Under the pieces are notes generated by a model. That model made no database searches, was not told the DNA's origin, and was given only the letters and a program-made list of their open reading frames with translations. From Gammaproteobacteria bacterium (lineage in GTDB: Bacteria; Pseudomonadota; Gammaproteobacteria; Eutrophobiales; Eutrophobiaceae): 64,000 bases of DNA. Positions within the stretch are counted from its first letter, which is position 1, and each line of letters opens with the position of its first letter. Where the stretch lies: contig OZ244905.1 of the NCBI GenBank assembly GCA_965221695.1, positions 1,184,001 through 1,248,000 of the forward strand, given 5' to 3'. Positions 9,111 through 18,656 of the stretch are shown one piece after another. The translations under genes were made by a program, and so were the position numbers.

Positions 9111-10280
9111 TCAATCCCGGCGTAATCGGTCCGAGGTTGCAATCGGAGTCCGGAAGTTCATCACTACGATCCCGGAGGAAAAGACAAAGGTGATCAGCGT
9201 CGCAAGCTGGATCATGTACGAGGTGTTCTGCTCAATGAACTGCGCTTCGGCGGCCAGTACCGCGATGAGGAAGGAAAATTCGCTGATCTGTCCCAGCCGG
9301 AAACCTACCTCCCTGGAAATTGCGCGTTTTTCATGGGCCTTGACGAACAGCTTCTCAAAGATGATGGGTTTGATGATCAGCGCGCACACAGCCAGCGCAG
9401 TGGCCGGCAGTATGATTTGCGAGATGATGTCCAGGTTGAAGCTGGCGCCCAGGGAGAAGAAAAACAGTACCAGGAAAAAATCCCGCAAGGGTTTCAGTCT
9501 CATCGTGATGAACTGGGCGATGGGGCTGGACGCGAGGGTGATGCCGGCGATGAACGCGCCGATCTCGTGCGACAGTCCCAGCATGACGGACACCTCGGCG
9601 ATGGCCAGGCACCAGGCAATGGCCAGCAAGAAAATATACTCGTGGATCTGGTCGAAGCGCTGGATCAACTTGACGATGACATAGCGCTCGAAGAACCACG
9701 AAATCAGGATCAATACCGGCAGGGTCAGTATCTGCAGTGTGATATCGAGCAGCAACTGGTCGTTTTTTCCGTATCCCTGGAGCATCAGCAAGACGATGAT
9801 TGCGATCAAGTCCTGGATTAACAGCACGCTGATTATCATCTGCCCGGTATGGCGATGGTGCAGCGCGGTGGTGGGCAACAGTTTCACCCCGATGATGGTG
9901 CTGGAGAACATCATGATGGAACCGATCAGCAGCGCCTCGGGCAGTGGATAACTGAAACCCAGGGCAATCGCAAAACCGGCCGCAAAAAACAGCAGCGAAC
10001 TCAGTAAAGTGACCCACATCGCTTCTCCCAGCATCTTCCACAGTTCCTGCGGAAACAGGTCCAGCCCGAGCAGGTAGAGCAGGAACACGATGCCGATATG
10101 CGATATATCTGCTATCAGTTCGGGGTCGTCCACCAGCCCCATACCCCAAGGCCCCAGGATAACGCCGAGCAGGATATAGGCAACGAGCATCGCCTGGCGC
10201 GCATACAAGGCCAGGGTTGCCAGGACCGCTGCGCCGGTAAAGATCAGGAAGATTGAAAATTCTATGCCAGTAACTGTCAT
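9111..10280 (-). CDS. Cation:proton antiporter (CPA2/Kef-type membrane domain)
   Basis: GIVFLLYLLGL, FSSTIIGVKLL, LLIQDL, LGQISEFS; highly hydrophobic. Confidence 0.88.
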   Translation of the reverse strand: MTVTGIEFSIFLIFTGAAVLATLALYARQAMLVAYILLGVILGPWGMGLVDDPELIADISHIGIVFLLYLLGLDLFPQELWKMLGEAMWVTLLSSLLFFAAGFAIALGFSYPLPEALLIGSIMMFSSTIIGVKLLPTTALHHRHTGQMIISVLLIQDLIAIIVLLMLQGYGKNDQLLLDITLQILTLPVLILISWFFERYVIVKLIQRFDQIHEYIFLLAIAWCLAIAEVSVMLGLSHEIGAFIAGITLASSPIAQFITMRLKPLRDFFLVLFFFSLGASFNLDIISQIILPATALAVCALIIKPIIFEKLFVKAHEKRAISREVGFRLGQISEFSFLIAVLAAEAQFIEQNTSYMIQLATLITFVFSSGIVVMNFRTPIATSDRLRRD

Positions 10281-10360
10281 GGGATATAAAATAACATGAA
10301 TCTTAACTCAGCATGCCTCTAAATCCTCATGAGCAGGGCGCTTCCGTGAATGCCGCCACA

Positions 10361-10422
10361 GTACCACTCTCGTGAAAACGGGAGTCCAGTGGAATACTGT
10401 ATCGCCCAAACGGCGACGCTTT
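10361..10422. repeat. REP/REPIN-like repeat (dRS3-like CCAYTCCCGCGAAAGCGGGARTCCAG family), half unit
   Basis: GTACCACTCTCGTGAAAACGGGAGTCCAG plus a TCGCC..GGCGAC hairpin; related to 41960-42110 and 50360-50575. Confidence 0.75.
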
Positions 10423-11833
10423 AGTTTTGCCGGATGGATGTCCTCATCAGCCAGATTATCAGCAGTAACGCCGGCGCGCCCAGCAGACCGGCATACAGGA
10501 AGAACCAGGCGTAACCGGCGGCCTCGACCACGATACCGGAGAAGCCACCGATGATCTTTGCCGGCAGGGTCATCAGCGATGAAAACAGCGCGTACTGGGT
10601 CGCGGTATACGTGGTATTGGTAAGGCTGGAAAGGTAGGCAATAAAGGCCGAGGTCGCGAAACCGCCGCTCAGGTTGTCCATACTGATCACGATTGCCAGG
10701 CTCACCAGGTCAGGCTGACTCACGGCCAGCCAGACAAAGAACAGGTTGGTCACCGGCACCAGGATCGCGCCCACCAGCAGCGGTTTGTAAATCCCGTAGC
10801 GCAGCACCAGGATACCACCCAGACCGGCGCCGAGTATCGTCATGAAAAATCCAAATACCTTGGTGACATTGGCTATCTCGATCTTGCTGAAACCCAGGTC
10901 CAGGTAAAACGGGTTGGCCATCACCCCCATGGTGATATCGCTGAGCCTGAACGTGCCGATGAGCAGCAGGATCAGCAGGGCCAGCAATCCGTTCCTGCGA
11001 AAGAACTCGACGAAAGGACTGATCACGGCGCCGGCAAACCAGGCCGCAAGCCGGGTCAGCACACGATCATCATTGCCCAGGCCCAGTTTTCGCCCCACCT
11101 CATTTTCCAGGTCGCCGGTTGTTGCGGAGGCCGGGTGGTCCGGTTCGGCAATGACCAGGGTCGTGATGATGCCTACCCCCATCAGGCAGGCCATCGTGAA
11201 ATACGCATACTGCCAGGTTTGTGCCGCAGCGATATAAAAAGCGCCGGCGCCGGCGACCAGCAACGCCACCCGGTAGCCGAACACGTAGCTGGCGGCCATC
11301 GCCCCCTGTAACAGGCGATCCACCGCCTCAATGCGGTAAGCATCGATGGTGATATCCTGGGTCGCGGACCCGAACGCGACCAGCAACGCGAAGATCGCGA
11401 TCTGTTGCAGGTGTGCCTGCGGGTCGCACATCGCCATCCCGGCCAGGCCCAGCGCGATCATCACCTGGGCCGCCAGCATCCAGGAACGCCGTTTGCCCAT
11501 GCGGCGGGTCAGGAAAAAAATCGGGGTCCGATCCACGACCGGCGCCCAGAACACCTTAATCGAATAGGTAATGCCAATCCAACTGAAAAAACCAATAGTG
11601 GACAAGGCCAGCCCGGAGTCCCGTAACCACGCGGACAACGTGGAAAACACCAGCAAAAACGGCAATCCTGCGGAAAAACCGAGCAGACTCATCGCGATGA
11701 CGCGCGGACGGCTGTAGACTGCCAGCGCGCTACGCCAGTCGCTGCCGGCTGACCCCGGTATATCAGGAGATTGGATCGTCCAGTTCCTCTTTCGACATGT
11801 GGTGTTTGGGGTGCACCGGACGCATGAGCGCAT
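10421..11833 (-). CDS. ampG: AmpG family muropeptide MFS transporter (start uncertain, 11833 to 11692)
   Basis: LGFSAGLPFLLVFSTLSAWL, WAPVVD, GKRRSW, SATQDITIDAYRIE, YTATQYALFSS. Confidence 0.9.
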   Translation of the reverse strand: MRSCVRCTPNTTCRKRNWTIQSPDIPGSAGSDWRSALAVYSRPRVIAMSLLGFSAGLPFLLVFSTLSAWLRDSGLALSTIGFFSWIGITYSIKVFWAPVVDRTPIFFLTRRMGKRRSWMLAAQVMIALGLAGMAMCDPQAHLQQIAIFALLVAFGSATQDITIDAYRIEAVDRLLQGAMAASYVFGYRVALLVAGAGAFYIAAAQTWQYAYFTMACLMGVGIITTLVIAEPDHPASATTGDLENEVGRKLGLGNDDRVLTRLAAWFAGAVISPFVEFFRRNGLLALLILLLIGTFRLSDITMGVMANPFYLDLGFSKIEIANVTKVFGFFMTILGAGLGGILVLRYGIYKPLLVGAILVPVTNLFFVWLAVSQPDLVSLAIVISMDNLSGGFATSAFIAYLSSLTNTTYTATQYALFSSLMTLPAKIIGGFSGIVVEAAGYAWFFLYAGLLGAPALLLIIWLMRTSIRQN

Positions 11834-13475
11834 TGCTCACTAGCGCAATCGCCAACAGCAGGGCCATCAGGTACATGGTGCTGTTATACAGGTTCGGAGT
11901 CGGGTCAACGGTGCCGACCGGCGCGATGTCCATCAGGCTGGCGATGGTCACGGTCTTTGCCTGCACCAGCGCCGGCAACTGGTCAAGGCCGGCGCCGAAC
12001 ACGTCGGCGAATACGCCCGGGTCGATCTTCGCAACCAGGTCATCGATCGCCTTGGTCACCGCGTGCTCCCGCAATGAGGTGATCGCCAGCGGCCCGAGCA
12101 CACCGGCAGTGCTCCACGCGGTCAGCAAGCGTCCGTGGATGCCGCCAACATAGCGTGTCCCGAATATGTCCGCCAGGTAGGCGGGAATCGTTGCGAAACC
12201 ACCACCGTACATGGTAAAGATGATCATCGTGGCGGCATAGAAATACACCAGCCAAACGACTACAGGATTGACGCTGACCTGCTGCGCGGTGTACGGGATG
12301 GAACAGTACAGCAGGATGCCCAGCGCAAAGAAGATCCAGTAGGTATTGCGCCGCCCGATATAATCCGATGTACTGGCCCAGATAAACCGGCCCACCATGT
12401 TGAATACACTGATCATCACCACGTAGGTCGCGGCAAATGCCCCGTCAACGATATGCGGCAGGGTCGTGCCGAAGATCTCGGTCATCATGGTTTTGGCCAC
12501 ACCCAACACGCCGATGCCCGCGGTAACATTGAAACAAAGCACGATCCACAACTGGTAGAACTGCCGGGTTTTCAGGGCCTGGTCGATGTCCACGTGGTTG
12601 CGCGTCATCATCCGTTTCTCCGCATGCGCGTCATCGGGAGGAGTCCAACCTTCCGGTTGCCAGCCCGGCGCCGGCAGACGATAGGAGAACGCCGCGATCA
12701 TCATGATGATGAAATAAATCACGCCCATGGTAAAGAAGGTCTGGGCTATGCCCACCGAACCGGCGCCCACCAGGTATACGCCCTCAGGGCCGGGCATGAC
12801 CATCTGCGCCACCTCATTGGCGCCGACAACGACTACCTCGCGCAACTCGCCGCCGACCTCCGCAAAGCGTCGCCCTGCCCTGGTGATCAGTTCAAGGTCT
12901 GCCACTGCGCCCAGATATTCGGGCGCTCGGTAATAGTACTGAATAAAAAGCTCCTTCAGCGGCGCGCCAATCATCGCGCCGCCGCCAAAACCCATGATCG
13001 CCATGCCCGTCGCCATGCCGCGCCGGTCCGGGAACCAGCGGATCAGTGTGCTGACCGGAGAAACGTAACCCAGACCCAGACCGACCCCTCCCAGCACGCC
13101 GTAACCCAGGTACAGCAGCCATAACTGGTGGGTAACAATACCAACGCCGCCAACGATGAAGCCGCCACCCCAACAGCAGGCCGAAACCACGCCCACCATG
13201 CGCGGCCCCACCGTCTCCAACCACCGGCCGGCAATCGCGGCGGCCAGCCCCAGCACGACAATCGACACGGTGAAAATCCATACGACATCCTTCAGCGTCC
13301 AGTCATCGGCGGCGCTGAGCACAACACCAATTTGTTTGACCAGTGCGGGATTGAAGATGCTCCAGGCATACACGGAACCGATGCACAGGTGAATGCCCAG
13401 GGCTGCCGGGACGATCAGCCAGCGATTGAACCCGGGTTTTGCGATGATATGTTGCTTGGACAGGATGCCCGACAT
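11763..13475 (-). CDS. OFA family (oxalate:formate antiporter-like) MFS transporter
   Basis: FNRWL.PAAL.IHLCIGSVYAWS, YVSPVSTLIRWFPDRRGMATGMAIMGFGGGA, YGGGFATIPAYL. Confidence 0.9.
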   Translation of the reverse strand: MSGILSKQHIIAKPGFNRWLIVPAALGIHLCIGSVYAWSIFNPALVKQIGVVLSAADDWTLKDVVWIFTVSIVVLGLAAAIAGRWLETVGPRMVGVVSACCWGGGFIVGGVGIVTHQLWLLYLGYGVLGGVGLGLGYVSPVSTLIRWFPDRRGMATGMAIMGFGGGAMIGAPLKELFIQYYYRAPEYLGAVADLELITRAGRRFAEVGGELREVVVVGANEVAQMVMPGPEGVYLVGAGSVGIAQTFFTMGVIYFIIMMIAAFSYRLPAPGWQPEGWTPPDDAHAEKRMMTRNHVDIDQALKTRQFYQLWIVLCFNVTAGIGVLGVAKTMMTEIFGTTLPHIVDGAFAATYVVMISVFNMVGRFIWASTSDYIGRRNTYWIFFALGILLYCSIPYTAQQVSVNPVVVWLVYFYAATMIIFTMYGGGFATIPAYLADIFGTRYVGGIHGRLLTAWSTAGVLGPLAITSLREHAVTKAIDDLVAKIDPGVFADVFGAGLDQLPALVQAKTVTIASLMDIAPVGTVDPTPNLYNSTMYLMALLLAIALVSNALMRPVHPKHHMSKEELDDPIS

Positions 13476-13646
13476 GACTTACCCCTTATTATTGTTTTCC
13501 GTCAGTTGTTCCCGGACACCTGCTTCGCCTGGTCTGACCGGGATGCATAGCGCCCTATTGTAACGCGAATGAAATTGAATTTATGAAAAATTTCGCCTAA
13601 TCTATGCTATTCAGATGCCGGGCCATATTTCCCAAACTACTGCGAT

Positions 13647-14648
13647 ATGAACAAACAGGACAACATACTGGTCGATAATTTCGGTCGGACGGTGAACTAT
13701 GTCCGTATTTCGGTCACCGACCGATGTGATTTTCGCTGTGTCTATTGCATGGATGAGGAAATGCAGTTTGTTCCCCGGGCCAAGTTGTTGTCCCTGGAGG
13801 AAATTGCGACCATTGCCCGGGCTTTTACCGAGTTGGGTGTCGGCAAGATTCGCATCACCGGCGGCGAGCCCCTGGTGCGCCGCAATGTGGTCAAACTGTT
13901 CCGCGATCTCGGCCGGCTGCAGGGACTGAAGGAATTGACGCTTACCACCAACGGCTCACAACTGCCGAAACTGGCCGGGGAACTGAAAGACGCCGGGGTA
14001 AAACGCATCAACATCAGCCTGGACTCGCTTGACCCGGTAAAATTCAAACGCCTGACCCGTATCGGCGAACTGTCGCTGACGCTGGCCGGCATCGACGCGG
14101 CCCTCGCGGCCGGCTTCGAGAAGATCAAGATCAATTCGGTGATCCTGAAAAACCGCAATGATGATGAAATACCGGCATTGGTTCGCTTTGCCAGCGCACG
14201 CGGGATGGATATCAGCTTCATCGAAGAAATGCCGCTGGGCGTGATAGGCGATCACGATCGCGCCGAGGCCTATTATTCCAGTGACGCGATCAGGGCCGAC
14301 CTGGAGGAGCGCTACACGCTGATACCGACCACCGAGACCACCGGCGGGCCGTCGCGTTACTACAGGATCGTCGAAACCGGCACCCGGGTAGGCTTCATCT
14401 CGCCCCACAGCCACAATTTCTGCGACAGTTGCAACCGGGTCAGGCTCACCTGCGAGGGCCGCTTGCTGCTCTGTCTCGGGCAGGAGCACTCAATGGATTT
14501 GCGCCAGGTCATCCGCGCCCATCCCGGCGATATGGAACGGTTGAAACAAGCCTTGCGCGATTCAATGCATATCAAACCCAAGGGACATGAATTCAATCTT
14601 TCCGCCAAACCCGTTATCTTCCGCCATATGAACATGACCGGGGGGTAA
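13647..14648 (+). CDS. moaA: GTP 3',8-cyclase MoaA
   Basis: [32 protein letters not shown]-terminal GG. Confidence 0.96.
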   Translation: MNKQDNILVDNFGRTVNYVRISVTDRCDFRCVYCMDEEMQFVPRAKLLSLEEIATIARAFTELGVGKIRITGGEPLVRRNVVKLFRDLGRLQGLKELTLTTNGSQLPKLAGELKDAGVKRINISLDSLDPVKFKRLTRIGELSLTLAGIDAALAAGFEKIKINSVILKNRNDDEIPALVRFASARGMDISFIEEMPLGVIGDHDRAEAYYSSDAIRADLEERYTLIPTTETTGGPSRYYRIVETGTRVGFISPHSHNFCDSCNRVRLTCEGRLLLCLGQEHSMDLRQVIRAHPGDMERLKQALRDSMHIKPKGHEFNLSAKPVIFRHMNMTGG

Positions 14649-14655
14649 GCCGGAA

Positions 14656-15513
14656 ATGGAAAAACGCGGTCCCGTGATGACCGACGCCGGCATCGACCCT
14701 ACCATCGCGGTTGAAGCCGTGGACGAGTTCCGCAATGTCCGGGAAATGCACATCGCCGATGAACGGCCGCTGACCATCTATGTGGACAGCTACGAAATCG
14801 TCACCCTGATGACCCTGGGCAGGACCCCGGAGCTGCTGACGCTGGGCTACCTGAAAAACCAGGGCATTGTTACCGACATCAGTGAAATCCTCTCGGTGCA
14901 GGTGGACTGGGAGGTCAATGCCGCGGCGGTGACGACCCGGTCGGAACGGGATGACTGGAAGGAAAGGCTGGGACCGCGGATCGTGACCACCGGCTGCGGC
15001 CAGGGAACGGTTTACGGCGATATCCTGGAGCAGATCGAGCAGATAGCATTACCGGAGATACGGCTCAAACAATCGGATATTTACGCGCTGTTGAAAAACC
15101 TGGCCCGCTATAACGATGTCTATAAAAGCGCCGGCGCAGTGCACGGCTGCGCCCTGTGCGCGGGTACGGATGTGACTGTTTTCATCGAAGATGTGGGCCG
15201 CCATAACGCGGTGGATGCGATTGCCGGGCAGATGTGGCTGGAAGATACGCCGGGCCACGACAAGCTGTTTTACACTACCGGGCGCCTGACTTCGGAAATG
15301 GTGATGAAAGTGGCGCAAATGGGCATCCCCGCGCTGCTGTCCCGTTCAGGCATCACCCAGATGGGCCTGAAGCTGGCCAGGGACTTCGGCGTCACCTTGT
15401 TCTCGCGCGCCAAGGGAACGCATTTCCTGGTTTACAATGGTTCCGAGCATATCGAATTCGATGTGTCCCTGCCGCCGAAACGCGCAGTAGCCAACCTGAA
15501 GAGCGCCGGCTGA
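14656..15513 (+). CDS. fdhD: Formate dehydrogenase accessory sulfurtransferase FdhD
   Basis: ERPLTI, TGCGQG, GAVHGCAL, EDVGRHNAVD, TGRLTSEMV. Confidence 0.93.
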   Translation: MEKRGPVMTDAGIDPTIAVEAVDEFRNVREMHIADERPLTIYVDSYEIVTLMTLGRTPELLTLGYLKNQGIVTDISEILSVQVDWEVNAAAVTTRSERDDWKERLGPRIVTTGCGQGTVYGDILEQIEQIALPEIRLKQSDIYALLKNLARYNDVYKSAGAVHGCALCAGTDVTVFIEDVGRHNAVDAIAGQMWLEDTPGHDKLFYTTGRLTSEMVMKVAQMGIPALLSRSGITQMGLKLARDFGVTLFSRAKGTHFLVYNGSEHIEFDVSLPPKRAVANLKSAG

Positions 15514-15533
15514 GTCACTGCGCGGGCCGGATA

Positions 15534-16127
15534 GTGAAAAGAAACAGGATAACCGGCGCCATCCTTGCCGGGGGCGAGGCACGGCGCATGGGCGGCGGCG
15601 ACAAGGGACTGGTGGAACTGCGCGGCAAGCCGCTGGTTGAGTATGCATTGGCGGCCCTGTCTCCGCAGGTCGATACGATTATCATCAACGCAAACCGTAA
15701 CCGGGATCGCTATGCGGTCTATGGTTATCCCGTGGTCGCCGACAGCAGGGCGGGTTTCCAGGGACCGCTGGCCGGCATGCTGAGTTGTCTTGAACAGGTG
15801 GAGACGGAGTTCCTGGTTACCGTCCCCTGTGATTCGCCGTTGCTGCCCGATGACCTGGTGGCGCGCCTGTTCAGGCAACTGGGGGAGGAACAAGCGGAGA
15901 TCAGCGTTGCCCACAACGGTTCCAGGATGCAACCCGTGTTTGCGCTGCTGCCCGCGTCCCTGGCCGCTTCGATGCAAGCATTCCTGGATGGCGGCGACCG
16001 CAAGATAGACCGCTGGTTCGAAAAGCACAGGCTGGCCGTGACTGATTTTTCCGACAAGCCGGACTGCTTCAGAAATGCCAACAACCCGGCTGAACTGGCG
16101 CAGATGCAGGAGCTGTTGAATGGGTGA
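15534..16127 (+). CDS. mobA: Molybdenum cofactor guanylyltransferase
   Basis: ILAGG.ARRMGGGDKG, GPLAG, PCDSP; GTG start at 15534 (the ORF-track extension overlaps fdhD). Confidence 0.93.
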   Translation: MKRNRITGAILAGGEARRMGGGDKGLVELRGKPLVEYALAALSPQVDTIIINANRNRDRYAVYGYPVVADSRAGFQGPLAGMLSCLEQVETEFLVTVPCDSPLLPDDLVARLFRQLGEEQAEISVAHNGSRMQPVFALLPASLAASMQAFLDGGDRKIDRWFEKHRLAVTDFSDKPDCFRNANNPAELAQMQELLNG

Positions 16128-16653
16128 CCCTCCTCAAACGCCGCCGCTGATGGGTTTCGCCGCCTGGAGCGGCACCGGCAAAACAACCCTGCTGGTGAAC
16201 CTGTTGGGTATTTTCACCACCCGGGGCTTGCGCGTGGGCGTCATTAAGCATGCCCACCACACGTTTGAAATCGATTATCCGGGCAAGGACAGTTATGAGC
16301 TGCGCAAGGCTGGCGCCTCGCAGGTATTGATCGGCTCAAGAAAACGCTGGGCGCTGTTGGTGGAAACGCCGGACGGTGACGACAAATCGTTGCAACACCA
16401 TGTCCGCAACCTGGATCTCGACAACCTTGACCTGGTGCTGGTGGAAGGCTTCAAGCCCGAGGCCATCCCCAAGATAGAACTGCACCGGCCCAGCCTGGGG
16501 CATGATTTACTGTATCCGGGCGATGAGAGTATCATTGCGGTGGCGACCGATGCGGCGTTGCCCGCCGACACGGCATTGCCGCTACTGGACCTGAACAACC
16601 CACAGCAGATCGCACAGTTTATAATTGACCGTTATGATTTGTCGTGCGATTGA
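16120..16653 (+). CDS. mobB: Molybdopterin-guanine dinucleotide biosynthesis protein B
   Basis: AAWSGTGKTTLL, IKHAHH.FEID.PGKDSY, VEGFK. Confidence 0.93.
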   Translation: MGDPPQTPPLMGFAAWSGTGKTTLLVNLLGIFTTRGLRVGVIKHAHHTFEIDYPGKDSYELRKAGASQVLIGSRKRWALLVETPDGDDKSLQHHVRNLDLDNLDLVLVEGFKPEAIPKIELHRPSLGHDLLYPGDESIIAVATDAALPADTALPLLDLNNPQQIAQFIIDRYDLSCD

Positions 16654-16697
16654 TAGCAGCCCCGCCACCTGCCCCTTGACCTCCAGCCTCCACCTGC

Positions 16698-16749
16698 CCA
16701 TTCCCACGAAAGTGGGAATCCAGTAAGATAACAGTCCTGTAAGGACACA
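16698..16749. repeat. REP-like repeat (dRS3-like family)
   Basis: CCATTCCCACGAAAGTGGGAATCCAG plus a small hairpin. Confidence 0.7.
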
Positions 16750-16781
16750 TTGTATAATCTGTCCCCGCTGTTTTCAGTATT

Positions 16782-18050
16782 ATGACTGCAATTAACATTG
16801 ACAAAGACCCCAGTTGCCGGGACGATTTCGATCCCAAATCACTGTCGGCTGATGCCGCGCTGGCGCAGATTAAGGCCGGTGTCACCCGCGTCAGGGGCAT
16901 AGAAAAAATCGCAATACGGGAAGCGCTGAACCGGATCCTGGCCGAAGACATTCGTTCCCGCATCAACGTGCCGACCGGGACCAACTCCGCGATGGATGGC
17001 TACGCGCTGAACAGCGCGGATATCCCGTCTGACGGCACGGCCGAATTGAATGTCCTGGGCACAGCCTGGGCCGGGAAGCCGTTCGCACAGAAGGTCACTC
17101 CCGGAAGCTGCGTTCGCATCATGACCGGCGCGATCATGCCGGAGGGGACCGACACCGTGATCATCCAGGAGGATGTGCAGGTCACCGGTTCCGGTATCAG
17201 GATCGACGGCAGCACGCGCAAGGGCGATAACGTGCGCCAGGCCGGTGAAGATATTGCGGCGGGGGAGACGATACTGACCGAAGGCCGGCGCCTGAACCCC
17301 GCCGATATCGGCCTGGTAGCCTCGCTCGGCATTGCCGAGGTGAGCGTGGTGCGGCGGCTGCGGGTCGCGTTTTTTTCCACCGGCGATGAACTGCGCTCCA
17401 TCGGCGAGACCTTGAGCGATGGCGCGATCTATGACAGCAACCGCTATACCCTGCACGGCATGTTGGAACGTATGGGCGCCGATATCATCGACATGGGCGT
17501 GATCAGGGATGATAAACAGGCCCTGGAAGAGGCATTTGCCATCGCAGCCGCCAATGCCGATGTGCTGATCACGTCGGGCGGCGTCTCTGTCGGCGACGCG
17601 GATTACATCAAGGAAATCCTGTCCAAACTGGGGCAGGTCGATTTCTGGAAAGTGGCCATCAAGCCCGGCCGCCCCCTGGCTTTCGGCCGCGTAGGCGATG
17701 CCGTGTTCTTCGGCCTGCCGGGGAATCCGGTTTCCGTCATGGTAACATTTTACGAGTTCGTGCAACCGGCCTTGCGCAAGATGATCGGAGAGGACGACGC
17801 CGGCATGCTGACCCTGAAGGCGCGCTGCGATTCCAGGCTGAAAAAACGCCCGGGCCGCGTGGAATACCAACGCGGCATCCTGCAACAGGACAAGGAAGGC
17901 AATCTCGTAGTCACCAAGACCGGCGCCCAAGGCTCCGGCATCCTGCGCTCCATGTCGCAGGCAAACTGCTTCATCATCCTACCGATGGATTCAACCGGCG
18001 TGGAACCGGGGTCATACGTGGACATCCAGCCCTTCTCCGGGTTGGTTTAA
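16782..18050 (+). CDS. moeA: Molybdopterin molybdotransferase MoeA
   Basis: NSAMDGYA, RIMTGA, STGDEL, SGGVSVG, KPGRP, GLPGNP. Confidence 0.96.
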   Translation: MTAINIDKDPSCRDDFDPKSLSADAALAQIKAGVTRVRGIEKIAIREALNRILAEDIRSRINVPTGTNSAMDGYALNSADIPSDGTAELNVLGTAWAGKPFAQKVTPGSCVRIMTGAIMPEGTDTVIIQEDVQVTGSGIRIDGSTRKGDNVRQAGEDIAAGETILTEGRRLNPADIGLVASLGIAEVSVVRRLRVAFFSTGDELRSIGETLSDGAIYDSNRYTLHGMLERMGADIIDMGVIRDDKQALEEAFAIAAANADVLITSGGVSVGDADYIKEILSKLGQVDFWKVAIKPGRPLAFGRVGDAVFFGLPGNPVSVMVTFYEFVQPALRKMIGEDDAGMLTLKARCDSRLKKRPGRVEYQRGILQQDKEGNLVVTKTGAQGSGILRSMSQANCFIILPMDSTGVEPGSYVDIQPFSGLV

Positions 18051-18141
18051 CCCACTCCTGACTTAAGACGCCCTAATAATGACCGGCATCCATAGAACAT
18101 ATGCGACAAACTCGCATGTTATGCGGGTATAGGGCTGAGAC

Positions 18142-18600
18142 TTATTCTGCGTTCTGTGCCGCCTCCCAGGCTTCCTGGACCGTCTGCCAGGTTACCAGCG
18201 CGATGGTATTGCCGTCATCATCAACAAAGTTGAGAGGACCAAGAAAAGTCATGTAGAATTCGCTGTCTTCCAGGAAATGCGTCATCCCGTGATACGCTTG
18301 GCATGCCTCATAACCATAGGCCGGGGCCTTGACACTGACCCCGCCCTCATCCACACCGCCGCGGACTTCCATGTGACCCTTGGTCAGGAAATATTCTCCT
18401 GGGCCGACATGGATATGGCTGGCAAATGAGGAGCCTTTGGGGCAATCGTATATCGCCGCCCAAGATCCCAGTTCCGGCGCAACGTTCAACAGCTTCCAGC
18501 GGATACCGCCCTGGCTCAACGGTCCGGGAAAATCCACCCAATCGATCTCGTCAATCTGTACCGACCGGCCATCTACCGGCGCATATTTTTGTGGAATCAT
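18142..18600 (-). CDS. dke1: Beta-diketone (acetylacetone)-cleaving cupin dioxygenase, Dke1-like
   Basis: CPKGSSFASHIHVGPGEYFLTKG.MEVRGG..EGG and FYMTFLGPLNF.DD.G closely match Acinetobacter johnsonii Dke1 as recalled; 3-His site (HIH ... H) present. Confidence 0.8.
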   Translation of the reverse strand: MIPQKYAPVDGRSVQIDEIDWVDFPGPLSQGGIRWKLLNVAPELGSWAAIYDCPKGSSFASHIHVGPGEYFLTKGHMEVRGGVDEGGVSVKAPAYGYEACQAYHGMTHFLEDSEFYMTFLGPLNFVDDDGNTIALVTWQTVQEAWEAAQNAE

Positions 18601-18656
18601 ATTATCCCTCCTCTTGCTTAATTCATATTTTGTTTGTCAGAGAACCCCTGATCAGG

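Noticed and set aside
12135-13124. Long antisense ORFs (also 16839-17930, 19143-20168, 30014-31051, 41114-42250, 44846-45756)
   Set aside because: Shadows of well-supported genes on the opposite strand in GC-rich or repetitive DNA; no motifs
13476-13646. Moco riboswitch upstream of moaA
   Set aside because: No recognisable conserved Moco RNA elements; short divergent promoter region only
15234-15533. 100-aa N-terminal extension of MobA in the ORF track
   Set aside because: Overlaps fdhD in another frame; MobA similarity starts at GTG 15534
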